Shown piece after piece: positions 38,510-51,294 of a stretch of DNA of 64,000 nt (within the stretch, counting starts at the first letter, position 1; the number at the start of each line of letters is the position of its first letter). Source of the stretch: Mustelus asterias (lineage: Eukaryota); contig NC_135814.1 of NCBI RefSeq assembly GCF_964213995.1, forward strand, positions 57,908,001-57,972,000, given 5' to 3'. The notes beneath the pieces are model-generated. The model made no database searches, was not told where the DNA came from, and saw only the letters and a program-made list of their open reading frames with translations. The position numbers and the translations under genes are program-made.

Positions 38510-39075
38510 AAGAACAAGGAACAACGAACAAAGAAAATTACAGCACAGGAACAGGCCCTTCAGCCCTCCAAGCCTGCACTGACCATGCTGCCTGACTTAA
38601 CTAATGGTTCCTTCCGGGAACCATATCCCTCTATTCCCATCCTATTCATGTATTTGTTAAGACGCCCCTTAAAAGTCACTACCGTATCCGGTTCCAGTAC
38701 CTCCCCCGGCAACGAATTCCAGGCACCCACCACCTTCTGTGTAAAAAACTTGCCTTGTACATCTCCTTTAAACCTGTGCCCCCTAGTAATTGACTCTTCC
38801 GCCCTGGGAAAAAGCTTCTGACCATCCAGTCTGTCCATGCCTCTCATAATCTTGTTGACTTCTATCAGGTCGCCCCTCAACCTCTGTCGTTCCAGTGAGA
38901 ACAAACCAAGTTTCTCCAACCTCCCCTCATAGCTAATGCCCTCCATACCAGGCAACATCCTAGTAAATCTTTTCTGTACCCTCTCCAAAGCCTCCACATT
39001 CTTCTGGTAGTGTGGCGACCAGAATTGAACACTATATTCCAAATGCGGCCTAGCAAAGGTTCTATAAAGCTGCTA
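38510..39075 (-). mobile_element. CR1 LINE 3' portion
   Basis: ORF EYSVQFWSPHYQKNVEALERVQKRFTRMLPG...LRGDLIE...RGHRFK..FFTQKVV, plus tail. Confidence 0.92.
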
Positions 39076-41869
39076 TAAAAGATAGACCATTTTCAAATTT
39101 AGCAAAATAACTGCCTGAAATAGCTTCTAAAATCTTTCTTTGTGTTTGGCTGGTATGGGCAAGTCCTTGGCATAAAGAATAATTGATTATTATATTAATG
39201 TTTATTTCTGTTTTATCAAACAGGTCAATGATTAATGAGAAATAATATTACTAATAATTCAATAACCTCATGCAACAACTCTTTTGACTGGCGATGATGT
39301 CGAGTGGAATGTTGTCAGCATACTTGTTAAAAGTAATGTGCTTTTAGACAATCTTGGAGAGGAGCAGCAGGTAGATGAGAAATAGCAAGAGCCAAGGATA
39401 GATTTTAGGGGGACGTCAGAGGTGATGGTATGGGAATGAAAAGACTAATCAAAGGAAGCGATATACTGGCTATAATTAGGTAGGTAAGAATGGAACCAGG
39501 TGAGAGCAGTTCTACCCAGCTGGAAGGTGGTGGAGAGGCAATGGATGAGGATCATGTGGTTAACCATGTCAAAGGTTGTATGTTTCAACAAAGAGTTCAT
39601 TTTTAGACAGTTATTCTGTTATATGTCATGGTCTTCACAGTTTAGTTACTCTTTTGTCACTCAAAATTTAAAGAATGGATTGGATTTTCCAGTTGCATAT
39701 TGCATTCACAGTGTGTCTTTGCTGTTGGTAAGATTATATCCAGTCATTATGAAGACAATGGTTCTTTTTAGACCTCGCAAAGAGCTCCTGCTGATTTTGC
39801 TGAGATGGCTGTTTCTTCGAGAGTGTATGTGATATCACCCTTTTTTCCCAAATAGCATCAGTTTTTTTGTTACTATTTCATTTACAACCATACATTATGT
39901 GGCACCACTTTTTGTTTCCTCGTAGAAAACTCTTAATATTCCTATTACAACATTTTAACTTAACTAGAACATCACTTTTCTGTAAATCTTCTTTTTGATA
40001 CAAACTCCAGGAATCCTTAGCCATTGCATAGGTTATCTTGTCTGCCTTGTCAGGAATATTTTCTCCATAACTTTTGTAACTTAATCCTTTGCAACAGTGA
40101 TTAAGACCTTGAAATCTTATAGTTCAGTAGGATCTGAGCTTCCTTACACAAAGCAGAATAATTAAGTCCTACAAATGGAATTATCTGATCTATGCCCAGA
40201 TATCTGGCCTATTGGAATTGCATTTGCTCTCAAACTGAGATTCTGTTGCAAGTTTCACATGTTTATTTCATCAGAGATATTTAGGTCCAGCCAAGCTTTA
40301 CACAGTTTCTAATTCCAGTTTAACTGCAGCTTTTGGCTAAATAGTGGACAGTATGTGAGAAGTGGCATGTCTGAGGTGACCCAATTGTGCTGTTCATTAT
40401 GGCATTTCCATTATTCTTTTCTTGGTGTAAATAGATAAATGATGATTTCCAGCATAATCCAGGATATTGACAATCTGTTTGGGTCACTCTGACTGAAATG
40501 AAAACACTTCCTTATTTAGTAATCTGGCATTCTTTCCAGTTTCTTTGATTTATTTGCAAGTCATCCATGTTCTTAAGCAAATCATGTTCTCATGTACAAA
40601 TTTTCCATCTTCAACTACATGATACCATATAATTGTCCATTTCCATCTGTCGATCTTTTGTTTTTTTCTCTTGCAGCTCATTGTTGCATTCTTTAACAAC
40701 TATTCGTTTGGTCCATTTTGAGAGCCACATCAGCTTTTACCCATATATTAGATTTCCTTTCTCCATTAGGACTCATCGCTTTCTGCTCAGGCTCATTCTG
40801 GTTTATTGGATTAGGCAAATGACAGCCTAGATTAGTCAAGTCTCAGGCTGTGCAGCCATTGTCTTTCCTCCCACAAAATCCATTGCCTAACCATCCTTCT
40901 CCACTATCTGAGGTTCAAACAGACTATTCACAACCTTGGTGCCAAGGATGGGTTCCAACCATAAAACAGCATGGTCATCAAGGTTATATTCCACCTATAT
41001 AACATTTGCTGATACTACTCCCATGTCATGCCCAGTAAAGGCATGTCATATTATGAACTTTCAGTCAATACTTTCAAAAATTGGACACAATCTGTTAAGA
41101 TGGCTGCTGCAAATCATGATACTTTTGGCATTTGGACTACAAACAGTATCAAGTGTCTGACAAATACCTAATTAAATATGGACACAAGTGAGAGTCTCTC
41201 ACAACAATTTGTGGAATTCACACATCTCATTGTTTAAGGATGGGCTAAAACCTAAAGATTATGGGTGGAATTTTATAATGGTGGGATTTTATGGTCCTTT
41301 GGAAATCAGTGAGCTCTTGAATGGCTCACGTCTGCCATGACAGGGCTGTATAATTTTGCCATATGGAGTTTCCACACTGCTTGTCTCCATGTTTCATATA
41401 GGACAAAAGATAAAATCAAAACTCAGTGGCCTCTAGCAACTTCCCATTGTATCACAATCGCCTCCCCCATCAAAATTTGACTGGGTGGCCCCATGTGAAT
41501 CTGCACCTTTATTACCACAGGACTCCATAGATCCATCAGAAGCATCAGTTCTCAGCCAGTCTGAGAACCAGAATCTGAAACTATCTGCAAGTCATTAGCA
41601 GCCAAAGTATTTATCCCCTTGACCTTTTTTTATGTGGTTTGGTGTCAAACTTTGTTTAATAGCAATCCTATGGTGTGCCTTGGGAGATGTTACTATGTTG
41701 AACACACTTATATAAATGTGAGGTCTAATTATCATTATTTCTGAGCCTTGAAAAAGATTTTTAAAATCTCTTATACCGCATGAGAATGGCCTACTCCCGT
41801 TCCTAAGTTCCTATGAAACTCCACTTTAACCATTTATTCACACTAAATCACATAATCTGGACCAGCACT

Positions 41870-42222
41870 TCTCTGCAGCACTGAGGCAGTGCCGCATTGT
41901 CAATAGTACCATTTTTTGATTGATATATTAAAACGTTGCCTCCTCTCTTCAGGTGCATGAAAAAGATACCAATAACAATATTTGAAGATGAACATTGAAG
42001 TTCTGCACGTGTCCTTACCACCTGTCATCTTTCAGTTAACTCCACTAAATACTGATTGATCAGGCATTAAGCTCATTTATGGGACCTTCATGTCATCAAT
42101 TTGACTGCCCTGTGTGCCCCTGCACAGTAACAGTGATTACACTTTATTCAATTCATTGGCTGTGAACTACTTTGGAATGGCCTGGGGATCTGAAAGGTGC
42201 TGTGTAAATTTAAGGCATTTCT
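41870..42222 (+). mobile_element. DeuSINE (SacSINE1-like), degenerate
   Basis: Colinear with the 33060 element and ends in a ...TGAAAGGTGCTGTGTAAAT tail. Confidence 0.65.
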
Positions 42223-43620
42223 TTTCCAAAAGTAATAAAATGCTTTGTCAACTATGTTGCCCCACCTTCGATTAAGAACTTTATGCAAGTGAAATACATA
42301 CACATTTTGAAATTTCTTTTCATAAAATCATAAAGCAGAAAAGGAGGCCATTTAGTTTATTGGGCTTTCTCTGGTTCATCCCACTTTGTAGTTCTTTCAC
42401 CATAGCCTTGCAAATTCTTCCCTTTGAAGAAACATTCATTTTTCTTTGAAACCTACTATTAGTCTGCTTCCACTACTCTCTCTGCATTCCAGATAACAAA
42501 AAAACCTCTCAGTTCCCCCCCGATCCCCTCCATCTTGTCCTTTCACCAACTGTATTAAATCTCTTTCCTGTTTTTCGATTCTCTTGCCAATGTTGATGGC
42601 TTTTCCCCTATTAACTCTGTTGAAACAGTTCTTAATCTTGAATATCACTGTTAACTCTCTCATTGACATATTATTGTTCATAAAATTGCTTATTACAGCA
42701 AATTGTTTTGAACATCTTACAAAACATATGCAAGAAAAAGCTGATAGTTGTATTTACAAATGCACTGGGTTGTTGAAATATTTTTGGCCACATCATAACT
42801 TCTACTGCCTTTCTCTTTCCTTCACATGTCTCCATTGTACAATTACATTACACAGTGTAATTCTTTATTGAACAAAATCTTTTTGTCTGCATGATATAAT
42901 TATAATTTCTGTAAAACAGCTGGACAGTAGATCATAAGTGTATGCATATCATGGGTCCATGGAAAAATAATGTCTATGGATCTGATTGTCCACATATTCC
43001 AGTTTTAATCATGTGGCTCATCGAGCCAATAACATTAAAACAATCACAACTTGCTTTTGGAGTTATGAAAAATAAACTGATAACCCCTTTAACTTTTTAT
43101 ATAATACATTATGAGTTTACCCTAAATTAACTTAGCCTCTTATTGCAGCTACCTCATCCATTACTCCTTTATCATCTCAAATGTAAGATACTCTAGGATA
43201 TTATCACCTTCTTTTACCACAGCCACCTTGTATTGCTTCATTTAACATCAATTGTGACAGCTGCAACATCTAAAATGCAACCATGGAATTCTATTTTCTG
43301 CATGTATTCATATTTAATTTTTCATTGATCTCCTTAAATAGTAATTGGCCAACTGTTGTTCAAGGCTTACAATTTAAATATAATTAACACCAACTTATGG
43401 ATTGTGCTGAGTATACATACGCTAACGATATGATAATCTATTTAATTTGGAATTAATCTTTCTATTGTCAAGTTTGGAGAACTGGCTGTGCAATAAGTTT
43501 CAAAATAATGGGAAATAATTACTCTCTGGCAATAAATGTTATATATATATATATATAAAGATATTCTTAAAGATATTAAAACTGAAATGGGGTTTCATTT
43601 TCAGCACTGCAAATGAAAAG

Positions 43621-43943
43621 GGTAGTACGGTGGCACAGTGGTTAGCACTGCTGCCTCACAGCGACAGGGACCTGCGTTTGATTCCCGGCTTGGGTCACTG
43701 TTTGTGTGGAGTTTGCATGTTCTCCCTATGTCTCTGTGGGTTTCCTCCGGGTGCTCCAGTTTCCTCCCACACTCCAAAGATGTACAGGTTAGGTTGATTG
43801 GCTATGCTAAATTGCTCCTTAGTATGAGGGGGACTAACTAGGGTAAATGCATGGGGTTATGGGGATAGAGCTTGGGTGGGATTGTGGTTGGTGCAGACTC
43901 GATGGGCTGAATGGCCTCCTTCTGCACTGAAGGGATTCTGTGA
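43621..43943 (+). mobile_element. HE1-type V-SINE, near full length
   Basis: tRNA-derived head TGGCACAGTGGTTAGCACTGCTGCCTCACAG, V-domain GTGTGGAGTTTGCATGTTCTCCC, CR1-like tail GGGCTGAATGGCCTCCTTCTG. Confidence 0.9.
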
Positions 43944-44739
43944 CTAATTTCTAATTGCTCAATTTATGGCCAGAATGTTTATACTCAAACAATTATTCAA
44001 AATCCGCACCATGTACTATTAATGAGTGATTTTAAACTGAATATATGTTACACTGACAAGCAGATACAAAGATATATTATCCAAGTAATGTGATGCCACA
44101 TAGGAAATTTAAACACTATGACCTATGAAATTTCTCTATTCTCAGATATTTTTAGTCTTTAGTACATAAATAATAGCATATAAAACCAAAGAGAACAAAT
44201 GTGACCTTGCGCAAATTGTCATTTTATTTTGCAGAGATAGTTAAATTTGTTTTAACATTTATTTGCATTTAATATTTTCCAAATCAGATTATTGGAAGTT
44301 TTAAAATCTGTTTTACAGTGGGACTTGGAATGCGTGAAGGTATAGACAGGGGTTTCCTGAATATACTGCAATTCCTGGAGACTAGCTAAAAAAAAACCTT
44401 TTGGCAACTTCAGTCTCAAGCTGAAAATGATATGGATTCAGGTTGTAAAATGATGGGGAGAGGCAGGAGTTGAAGTAGGAGATGTCACGGAAGTGATTAA
44501 TTATTGACTGAGACAGGGAGGGAGTAAATAGATAAGGACAAATGTAATTCTTAAAATATATGCAAGTTTCTTTTCTCAAGCCTTTTGTTTGAATAAGCAA
44601 AAATACATTGCTAGATCTAATTGTTGTAAATAAAACAGAAAGACAGTGTGAAGGTAAATCCCAAACTTGTTAAACAAAAGAAGAAAGGTTTAATGAATAA
44701 CAGAAAAGCATTGAAGAAATCAGTTAAGTTAAAGGATGG

Positions 44740-46205
44740 CAAAGTAGTGACAACTGATGAGTTTCGTTCAAGGAATCTGAGGGCGATGGAATCTGAGACA
44801 AAAATGCAGAGACTCTAGAAATTATATCTTGGAGTTATATCATACATGGATGTATGCAAGAGAACAGGAGAATAGCTAATATAATACCTATTTTCAAAAG
44901 AGATACAAAGCTAATTTGCACATTTACAAGCCAATTAGTTTAACACCTGTGGCAAGGAAGAATTTAGAATATTTAATTATACACGAAATGACTAAGTATC
45001 TAGTTGAAGAGAAAATAATTAGAGGGAGCCAACACAAATTTCATGTTTTTATTGTCTAGAGAGATTGGGAGAGGATTTTCCAGAATTTTTCTCCTTTAAT
45101 TGGCTTTGGTTCTAGTTCTCCACCTCTGTCAAGAGACTACATGGTACCTCCAGGCTAAGAAGCCTCTTTACAAGATGCAAAAGACATACTAACTATATGG
45201 GACAGGTTGGATGTACCAGCTGGTTGTTTCCTGTTCCATGCTTTCATAAGTTTATATGTTTGTTGAATCCGACACAGTTCTTTGAGTAGGTGAAGGGAGT
45301 AAATGCAGTGGATGAAGTGTACATAGACTTTCAGGAAGCCGTTAACAAGGTACAACAGGACATCTTTGCAGAAGATTAAGTTATAGTCATGTATGGCACA
45401 GAATAAGGTTATTCAGCCTATTAAGTACATGCTGACTGTCTGCAAAGTAATCCAGTCAATCCCACTCTCTTGATCCTTTCAGCCTGCAGATTTATTTCCT
45501 CTAAATACTTATCCAATATTCTTTCAAAATCATTGTTCCGCTTCCACCACTCTCATAGGCAGTGAGTTCTAAGTCATTACCACATACTGTGTGAAAAAAC
45601 TCTTCCTCATACCTTGCCTGCACTTCTTGCCTAAAACCTTAAATCTGTCACCTAGTTCTTGTATCATCAGCTAATGGGAACAGCTTTTCTTTGCCAATCT
45701 TTTAAAAATCTGATCTTGCACACTCTTAACAAATCTCCCTTCTTTCAATCTCCTTTGTTTTTAAGGAGAGAAAACCCAACTTCTTTTACCTAATCAAAAC
45801 CCCAATATCTGGAACCATTCTCCCAAAACTCTTCTACACTGACTGAATGACCTTCACATCCTTCTTAAAGTGTGGGGACCAGACTGGATGCAATACACTA
45901 ATTAGAACCTTAACAAGAGCTTTACAGAGGTCCTGCATAGCTTTCCTGCTTTCGCACTCAATGCCTCTATTCATGAAGCCTAAAATGCCAAATGCTTTGC
46001 TAACCACCTCTTAGCATCTACCCTGTCAAACCTCCTGAGAATCCTATATGTCTCAATAAGATCACCTCTCGTTCTTCTGAACTCGAATGTGTACAGCCCC
46101 AACCTACTCAACCTCTCCTAATAATATTCAGCTCCCATATTCTTCCTATCAAAGTGCCTAACTTCACATTTATTTACATTATATTCCATCTGCCATCTCA
46201 TCAAC
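44740..46205. mobile_element. Degenerate CR1 fragments (+ strand to about 45380, - strand beyond)
   Basis: VDEVYIDFQEA-like motif at about 45310 and minus-strand YCIQSGPH / RGDL motifs. Confidence 0.65.
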
Positions 46206-46269
46206 TGAGTGTACCAAGACTTGGAAGGAGCAGCTGTTCACAAACATGAAGAAAATCAGCTCCTATATA

Positions 46270-46400
46270 TTCACCATACCATGTTTGATGCTCATATAGA
46301 AAGAGCTTTCTCCATGGTGACCACTGATTGCAGAAACAAGAGGACCAGACTGGAAGTGCACAATGTGAAAGCAGAGTTTCTGATCTGCATCATTTTTTCA
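46270..46400 (+). mobile_element. hAT transposase dimerisation-domain fragment
   Basis: DAHIERAFSMVTTDCRNKRTRLEVHNVKAEFLI resembles the ERxFS...RxRL motif. Confidence 0.5.
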
Positions 46401-46518
46401 GAAGAATTCAGATATGTACTAAGTTTTTGGGGTACAAAACACTTTGAATGTGACCATGAATGGACAAAAGCATAAACACTAGTGACCCTATGCTATGTTG
46501 CACATTGGCTTTAAGAAA

Positions 46519-46701
46519 TCATAGAAACCCTACAGTACAGAAAGAGGCCATTCAGCCCATCGAGTCTGCACCGACCACAATCCCACCCAGGCCCTATCCC
46601 CATATCCCTACATATTTTACCTGCTAATCTACACATCCCAGGACACTAAGGGGCAATTTTTTAGCATGGCCAATCAACCTAACCCGCACATCTTTGGACT
46701 G
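46519..46701 (-). mobile_element. HE1-type SINE, 5'-truncated
   Basis: Reverse complement of the 3' half of the 43621 element. Confidence 0.88.
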
Positions 46702-47111
46702 TTGTTGATATCGTTATTAGTTGTTTATACTATATATAATCAGATATTCCATCAAATTTATTAGTTGTCAGTGGTTATTATTATTTCTTAAACTTAATTA
46801 ATAAAGTGATTAAAGGACTGTGGCTTCTGTCTGTTATTGTTAGTCTCTGCCAGTGGCTACATTATGAGCATCCCTGATTTAATTGCTCCACTGGTGGTGG
46901 CCATGTCTTCAGTTGCCTCAGCCCTAAACTCTGTAATACCTGCCCTACAACTCTCTACTTCACTTTCCCCCCAAGATGCCCCAAAGCTTCCCTTCAACGA
47001 ATCTTTTGGCCATCAAACCCAATATCTTCTATGGTGTTCACTGACATGCTTTGGGTGTCCTATTATCTTAAGATGACTATAAGTGGCCATTGCTGTGTTT
47101 CCTACATTACA

Positions 47112-47290
47112 GTAAGAAGTTTAACAACACCAGGTTAAAGTCCAACAGGTTTATTTGGTAGCAAAAGCCACACAAGCTTTCGAAGCTCTAAGCCCCTTCT
47201 TCAGGTGAGTTCTTCTGGTACAAAAGTAACCTGGTGTTGTTAAACTTCTTACTGTGTTTACCCCAGTCCAACGCCAGCATCTCCACATCA
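47112..47290. mobile_element. Penelope-like inverted-repeat insertion in a DeuSINE tail
   Basis: Target-site duplication TTTCCTACATTACA at 47098-47111 and 47291-47304. Inverted arms at 47110-47137 and 47227-47254. Same family as 48175. Confidence 0.75.
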
Positions 47291-47459
47291 TTTCCTACAT
47301 TACAACAGGGACTACAATTCAGAAGTATTTTGCTGCTTGCAAAATGCTTGGAGACATCTGTGAAATAACTCCTCAGAGGCCAATGTCCTTTCACCAGCTT
47401 CCCTTGATTTACAAACTCTATTCCACTCCTGGGGTGGGGTGTGTTTCAAGTACAGTGTC

Positions 47460-47710
47460 AGAATCCAGAGTCTGAGATCACGTACCAACCGACTCAAGAA
47501 CAGCTTCTTCCCTGCTGCTGTCAAGATTTTTGAACGGACCTACCTTGTATTAAGTTGATCTTTCTCTACACCCTAGCTATGACTGTAACACTATATTCTG
47601 CACTCTCTTGTTTTCTTCTCTATGAACAGTATAATCTGTCTATATAGCGCACAAGAAACAATACTTTTCACTGTATGCTAATACATGCGACAACAATAAA
47701 TCAAATCAAA
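47460..47710 (+). mobile_element. Rex1/Babar-like LINE 3' end
   Basis: Encodes RSRTNRLKNSFFPAAV and ends in AATAAATCAAATCAAA. Confidence 0.65.
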
Positions 47711-47822
47711 AGTACCAGAAGACCTGACACTCTCATTTTTATATACAAGTGAGGCTCCCTGTTTGGGCAGGCAATTATGACCTCGATCAGCGAGTTCATA
47801 CTTTAAGAGGCCAACCTCATGT

Positions 47823-47958
47823 AAGATAAAGACAAAATACTCCACGTGCTGGAATCTGAAACAAAAACAGAAAATGTGGAAAATCTCAGCAGGTCTGACA
47901 GCATCTGTGGAGAGAGAATAGAACCAATGTTTCGAGTCTGGATGACCCTCCGTCAGAG
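47823..47958 (+). mobile_element. Penelope-like short element (34657/49491 family)
   Basis: GCTGGAATCTGAAAC...GAAAATCTCAGCAGGTCTG...TTTCGAGTCTGGATGACCC, flanked by CTCATGT on both sides. Confidence 0.7.
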
Positions 47959-48174
47959 CTCATGTGCCTCGTTGAAGTCATTACTTGGAGGCTGTGAAAA
48001 GGCACTATGTAAATGCCAGTTCCGTGACTGGTGCTTGCACCTTCAGCAGCATTGGTTCCGAGTACTGGGATTCCTTCCCTAAACCTCTCCTGCTCCTCTT
48101 TAAAACATACCACTTTGATCAAGCTTTTAGTCATCCACCCTAATGTGCTTCGGGATTATGCTGCTCTCAAGCTC

Positions 48175-48596
48175 TGACGTGGAGATGCCGGCGTTGGACT
48201 GGAGTAAACACAGTAAGAAGTCTCACAACACCAGGTTAAAGTCCAACAGGTTTATTTGGTAGCAAAATCCACTAGCTTTCAGAGCGCTGCCCCTTCGTCA
48301 GGTGAGTGGGAGCTCTGTTCACAAACAGGGCATATAAAGACACAAACTCAATTTACAAAATAATGATTGGAATGCGAGTCTTTACAGGTAATCAAGTCTT
48401 CTGTACCTTTAAGACTTGATTACCTGTAAAGACTCGCATTCCAATCATTATTTTGTAAATTGAGTTTGTGTCTTTATATGCCCTGTTTGTGAACAGAGCT
48501 CCCACTCACCTGACGAAGGAGCAGCGCTCCGAAAGCTAGTGGATTTTGCGACCAAATAAACCTGTTGGACTTTAACCTGGTGTTGTGAGACTTCTT
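48175..48596. mobile_element. Penelope-like palindromic insertion with 186-bp arms
   Basis: Arms at 48215-48400 and 48411-48596 with a 10-nt loop and about 3 mismatches. Flanked by TGCTCTCAA(G/A)CTC. Confidence 0.85.
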
Positions 48597-48724
48597 GCTC
48601 TCAAACTCGTCAGGGCGCTTTCCAACCTTAAGTGCAAGTTGTTGTTCTAACTTCTGACGAGAACTCTTCTAAAAATGCTTGAATGCAGCAATACCTTGGG
48701 AATGGAGTGGAAAGCACAGCCTCC

Positions 48725-48830
48725 CACCCCCGGCCCCGCCGTCACATCCCCGAGCGGCCGAGACTGCGCGTGCGCGGCAGTGCCCGGCCGGTGCAGGAAG
48801 TGACGCGGTGCGTCGCCGGAAGTGAACGGG
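48725..48830 (+). promoter_or_regulatory. mtx2 CpG-rich promoter (GC box, NRF1, two ETS/GABP sites)
   Basis: CCCCGCC at about 48734. TGCGCGTGCGCG 48765-48776 fits NRF1 YGCGCAYGCGCR on the minus strand. CAGGAAGTG at 48794 and CCGGAAGTG at 48816. Confidence 0.8.
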
Positions 48831-48902
48831 TGCCGGCCTGACATTGTGTCGGGGAGACTGTGTAGCTTCTCCCCCAGAGCCCGAGAGCAGCGGCTGTGAG
48901 CC

Positions 48903-48942
48903 ATGTCAATAGCAACAGACGTGTTTGTCTGCCAGATGGCAG
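48903..48942 (+). CDS. mtx2: Metaxin-2, coding exon 1
   Basis: MSIATDVFVCQMA aligns to human MSLVAEAFVSQIA. 40-nt phase-1 exon ending CAG|GTAATG. MTX2 is the conserved 3' neighbour of HOXD1. I did not find exon 2 in the window. Confidence 0.85.
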
Positions 48943-49490
48943 GTAATGACTCCAGTGCCGCTTCATGTTGTGCCAAGTCAGTGGATAACCGGGTTAGTTT
49001 GGGCTCTGAAATGGAGGAAGCAACAGGTGAAGTGTTGGTTGGCGAGGCAGCCCGTGACCCGGGGTTACCCAGGGAGACTCTCATTGCGGCCTCCTGAGGG
49101 AAATATCTGAGCTTACCACAACTTAATCTGGGGCACTTATCACATTTATTTTTCGACACACTAGCTTTGGGTTGCATACCCTATGCTACCCTACCATGGG
49201 CATGTGTTGTTCAACGAAAGCAGAACTTTGCCCATGTGTGCACAGTACTTTGGTCATCAGCCTCCAACTGTCTGTGACATTTCTATCGTTTGAGGATTGC
49301 CGAACAGAGGTTGCTTTTCGAATTAAGAATTTGAAGATGATTGAACAAGCTACCTAGATTAGTTGTAATTTTAATGTTGAAATATAAGTACTGCACTGTT
49401 TCAACTTCGACTGCAGCCAATTTGAAGATAAAACAAATGTGAGACTACTTCCCCAAAGTGATCACTCAATCAAATCACAATACAAAATAG

Positions 49491-49758
49491 AAAAAAACCA
49501 AAAGAGAAAACGCTGGAAAATCTCAGCAGGTGTGGCAGCATCTGTAAAGAGAGAAAAGAGCTGATGTTTCGAGTCCAGATGACCCAGATCAGATGACCCA
49601 GATGACAGAAAGCTCAAAGCTTTGACAAAGCGTCATCTGGATTCGAAACGTCAGCTCTTTCTTTCTCCTTACAGATGCTGCCAGACCTGCTGAGGTTTTC
49701 CAGCATTTTCTCTTTTGGTTTCAGATTCCAGCATCTGCAGTAATTTGCTTTTATCCAG
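49491..49758. mobile_element. Penelope-like inverted-repeat insertion in mtx2 intron 1
   Basis: Target-site duplication ACAATACAAAATAG at 49477-49490 and 49759-49772. Inverted arms of about 90 bp. Confidence 0.78.
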
Positions 49759-50579
49759 ACAATACAAAATAGTTCGGTTGTAGTTACGTGACTTAACTTG
49801 CATTGTTGTAACATCATGCATTGTTGCAGAACAATTTTAACGTGAGCATAGAGGCTCCCCTTTCAACTCGAGTCACATGTTTCGCATACTTTGCCAATTT
49901 TCAGCATTGCTTGATTAAAATTAATTATTGTTTCAGTACAAAAATTACTATAAATGATCAGGAATACATTACCAGCTCCTCAAATTTCTGAATTTTCTGT
50001 GCAGCAGATGCTTTTCGGGTTGCTGCTTTCTTTATGTGCACAAATAGTTGATCTTAAATTATCAACATGCAACAGCATTGGAACAAATTGAAAGATTAAC
50101 ATATTAATGAAAATGTAGAATTATGGACCAAAAATCTGCAGTGTTGGAAATCTGAAGTAAAAACAAGGTACTGGAAACACTAAGCAGGGCAGGCAGCAAC
50201 TGTGGAGAGCAGTTGACCTTTTAGGTTGATGCCTTTCACCAGAATTAATAGGAAGCATTTTAAAATCACATTTTAATACTTGAAATTGTAGTTGCAATCT
50301 AAGTTATTTTTGAAGAAAAGGTACTGAAAGTTCAATTGTTGATCTAGATTTGAAATTGCATCTGCTGATTTTTTGCCACGGTTATTGTGTTGAGCATGAG
50401 CTGTCAAATTTATTTGCTATTTATTTTCACACAAATTAATTGTGGCAAAAGCTAAACCGTAAAAAACTGATCCCTGCAATAAAGTAGGTTATCTCACTGA
50501 ATCCTTTCCTGTAACTGACCAGCAGTAACCACTGTGGCTAAATATTACTTGAGTTGGGTTACCAGAGGAGGTTTTCTGA

Positions 50580-51290
50580 TAAATGTGATGGCAGAAGGAG
50601 AATGGGTCCTTCTAAGGAAGTCTAAGAGAACCAGGCAGGTAGTGTCGAAGTCCCATGTCTATCTTGCTTGCTATTCGGTTTTCCATTTTTGGATACTGGT
50701 GAGGGTGATGGTTCCTCAGGGGAGTGCAGCCATAGCAAAGTCCATGGCATCACAGGCGGCTCAGCTGCACAGGAGGTGAGGATGAAGGGTAGAAGGGCAA
50801 TAGTGATAGGGGATTTGATAGGCTGTATCAGACAGGCAGTTTCTGCACCATAAGCATGACCCGAGGAGGATGATGTGCTGTGTCCCTGATGCCAGAGTCA
50901 AGGATATCATGGAGCAGTTGCAGGACATCCTTTTGGGGAAGCGTGAATAGCCAGGGGCCGTAGGTACATTGGTACCAATGACATAGGTAGGAAGAGGGAT
51001 TAAGTCCTGCAAGCAGATTTTAGAGAGATATGAGGGAAATTAAAAAGCTGGACCTCAGGAGCAGTGATCTCAGGATTACTCCCAGTGCCACATGCTAGTT
51101 AGTATAGGAATAGGAGGATTGAATACGTGGCTGGAGAATTTATGTAGAACAGATAGCATCATATTTCTGAGTCATTGAAATTGTTTTGAGGCAGGTTGGA
51201 CCTCCACAAGATGGACAGGTTACACAACAGGTCCAGGAATAATATCCTCATAGGGAGATTTGCTGGTGCTGTTCGGGAAGGTTTAAATCA
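50580..51290 (+). mobile_element. CR1 ORF1 (SGNH esterase) remnant
   Basis: AIVIGD, CCVPDARVKD and HIGTND motifs, homologous to 63162-63974. Confidence 0.8.
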
Positions 51291-51294
51291 GCTT

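Noticed and set aside
35400-41250. Possible decayed LTR/integrase element in the AT-rich stretches 35.4-36.2 kb and 39.6-41.2 kb
   Set aside because: I found no motif I could identify with confidence.
48943-49097. Continuation of the 64-aa ORF past mtx2 exon 1
   Set aside because: Intron read-through; similarity to metaxin-2 stops at the donor.
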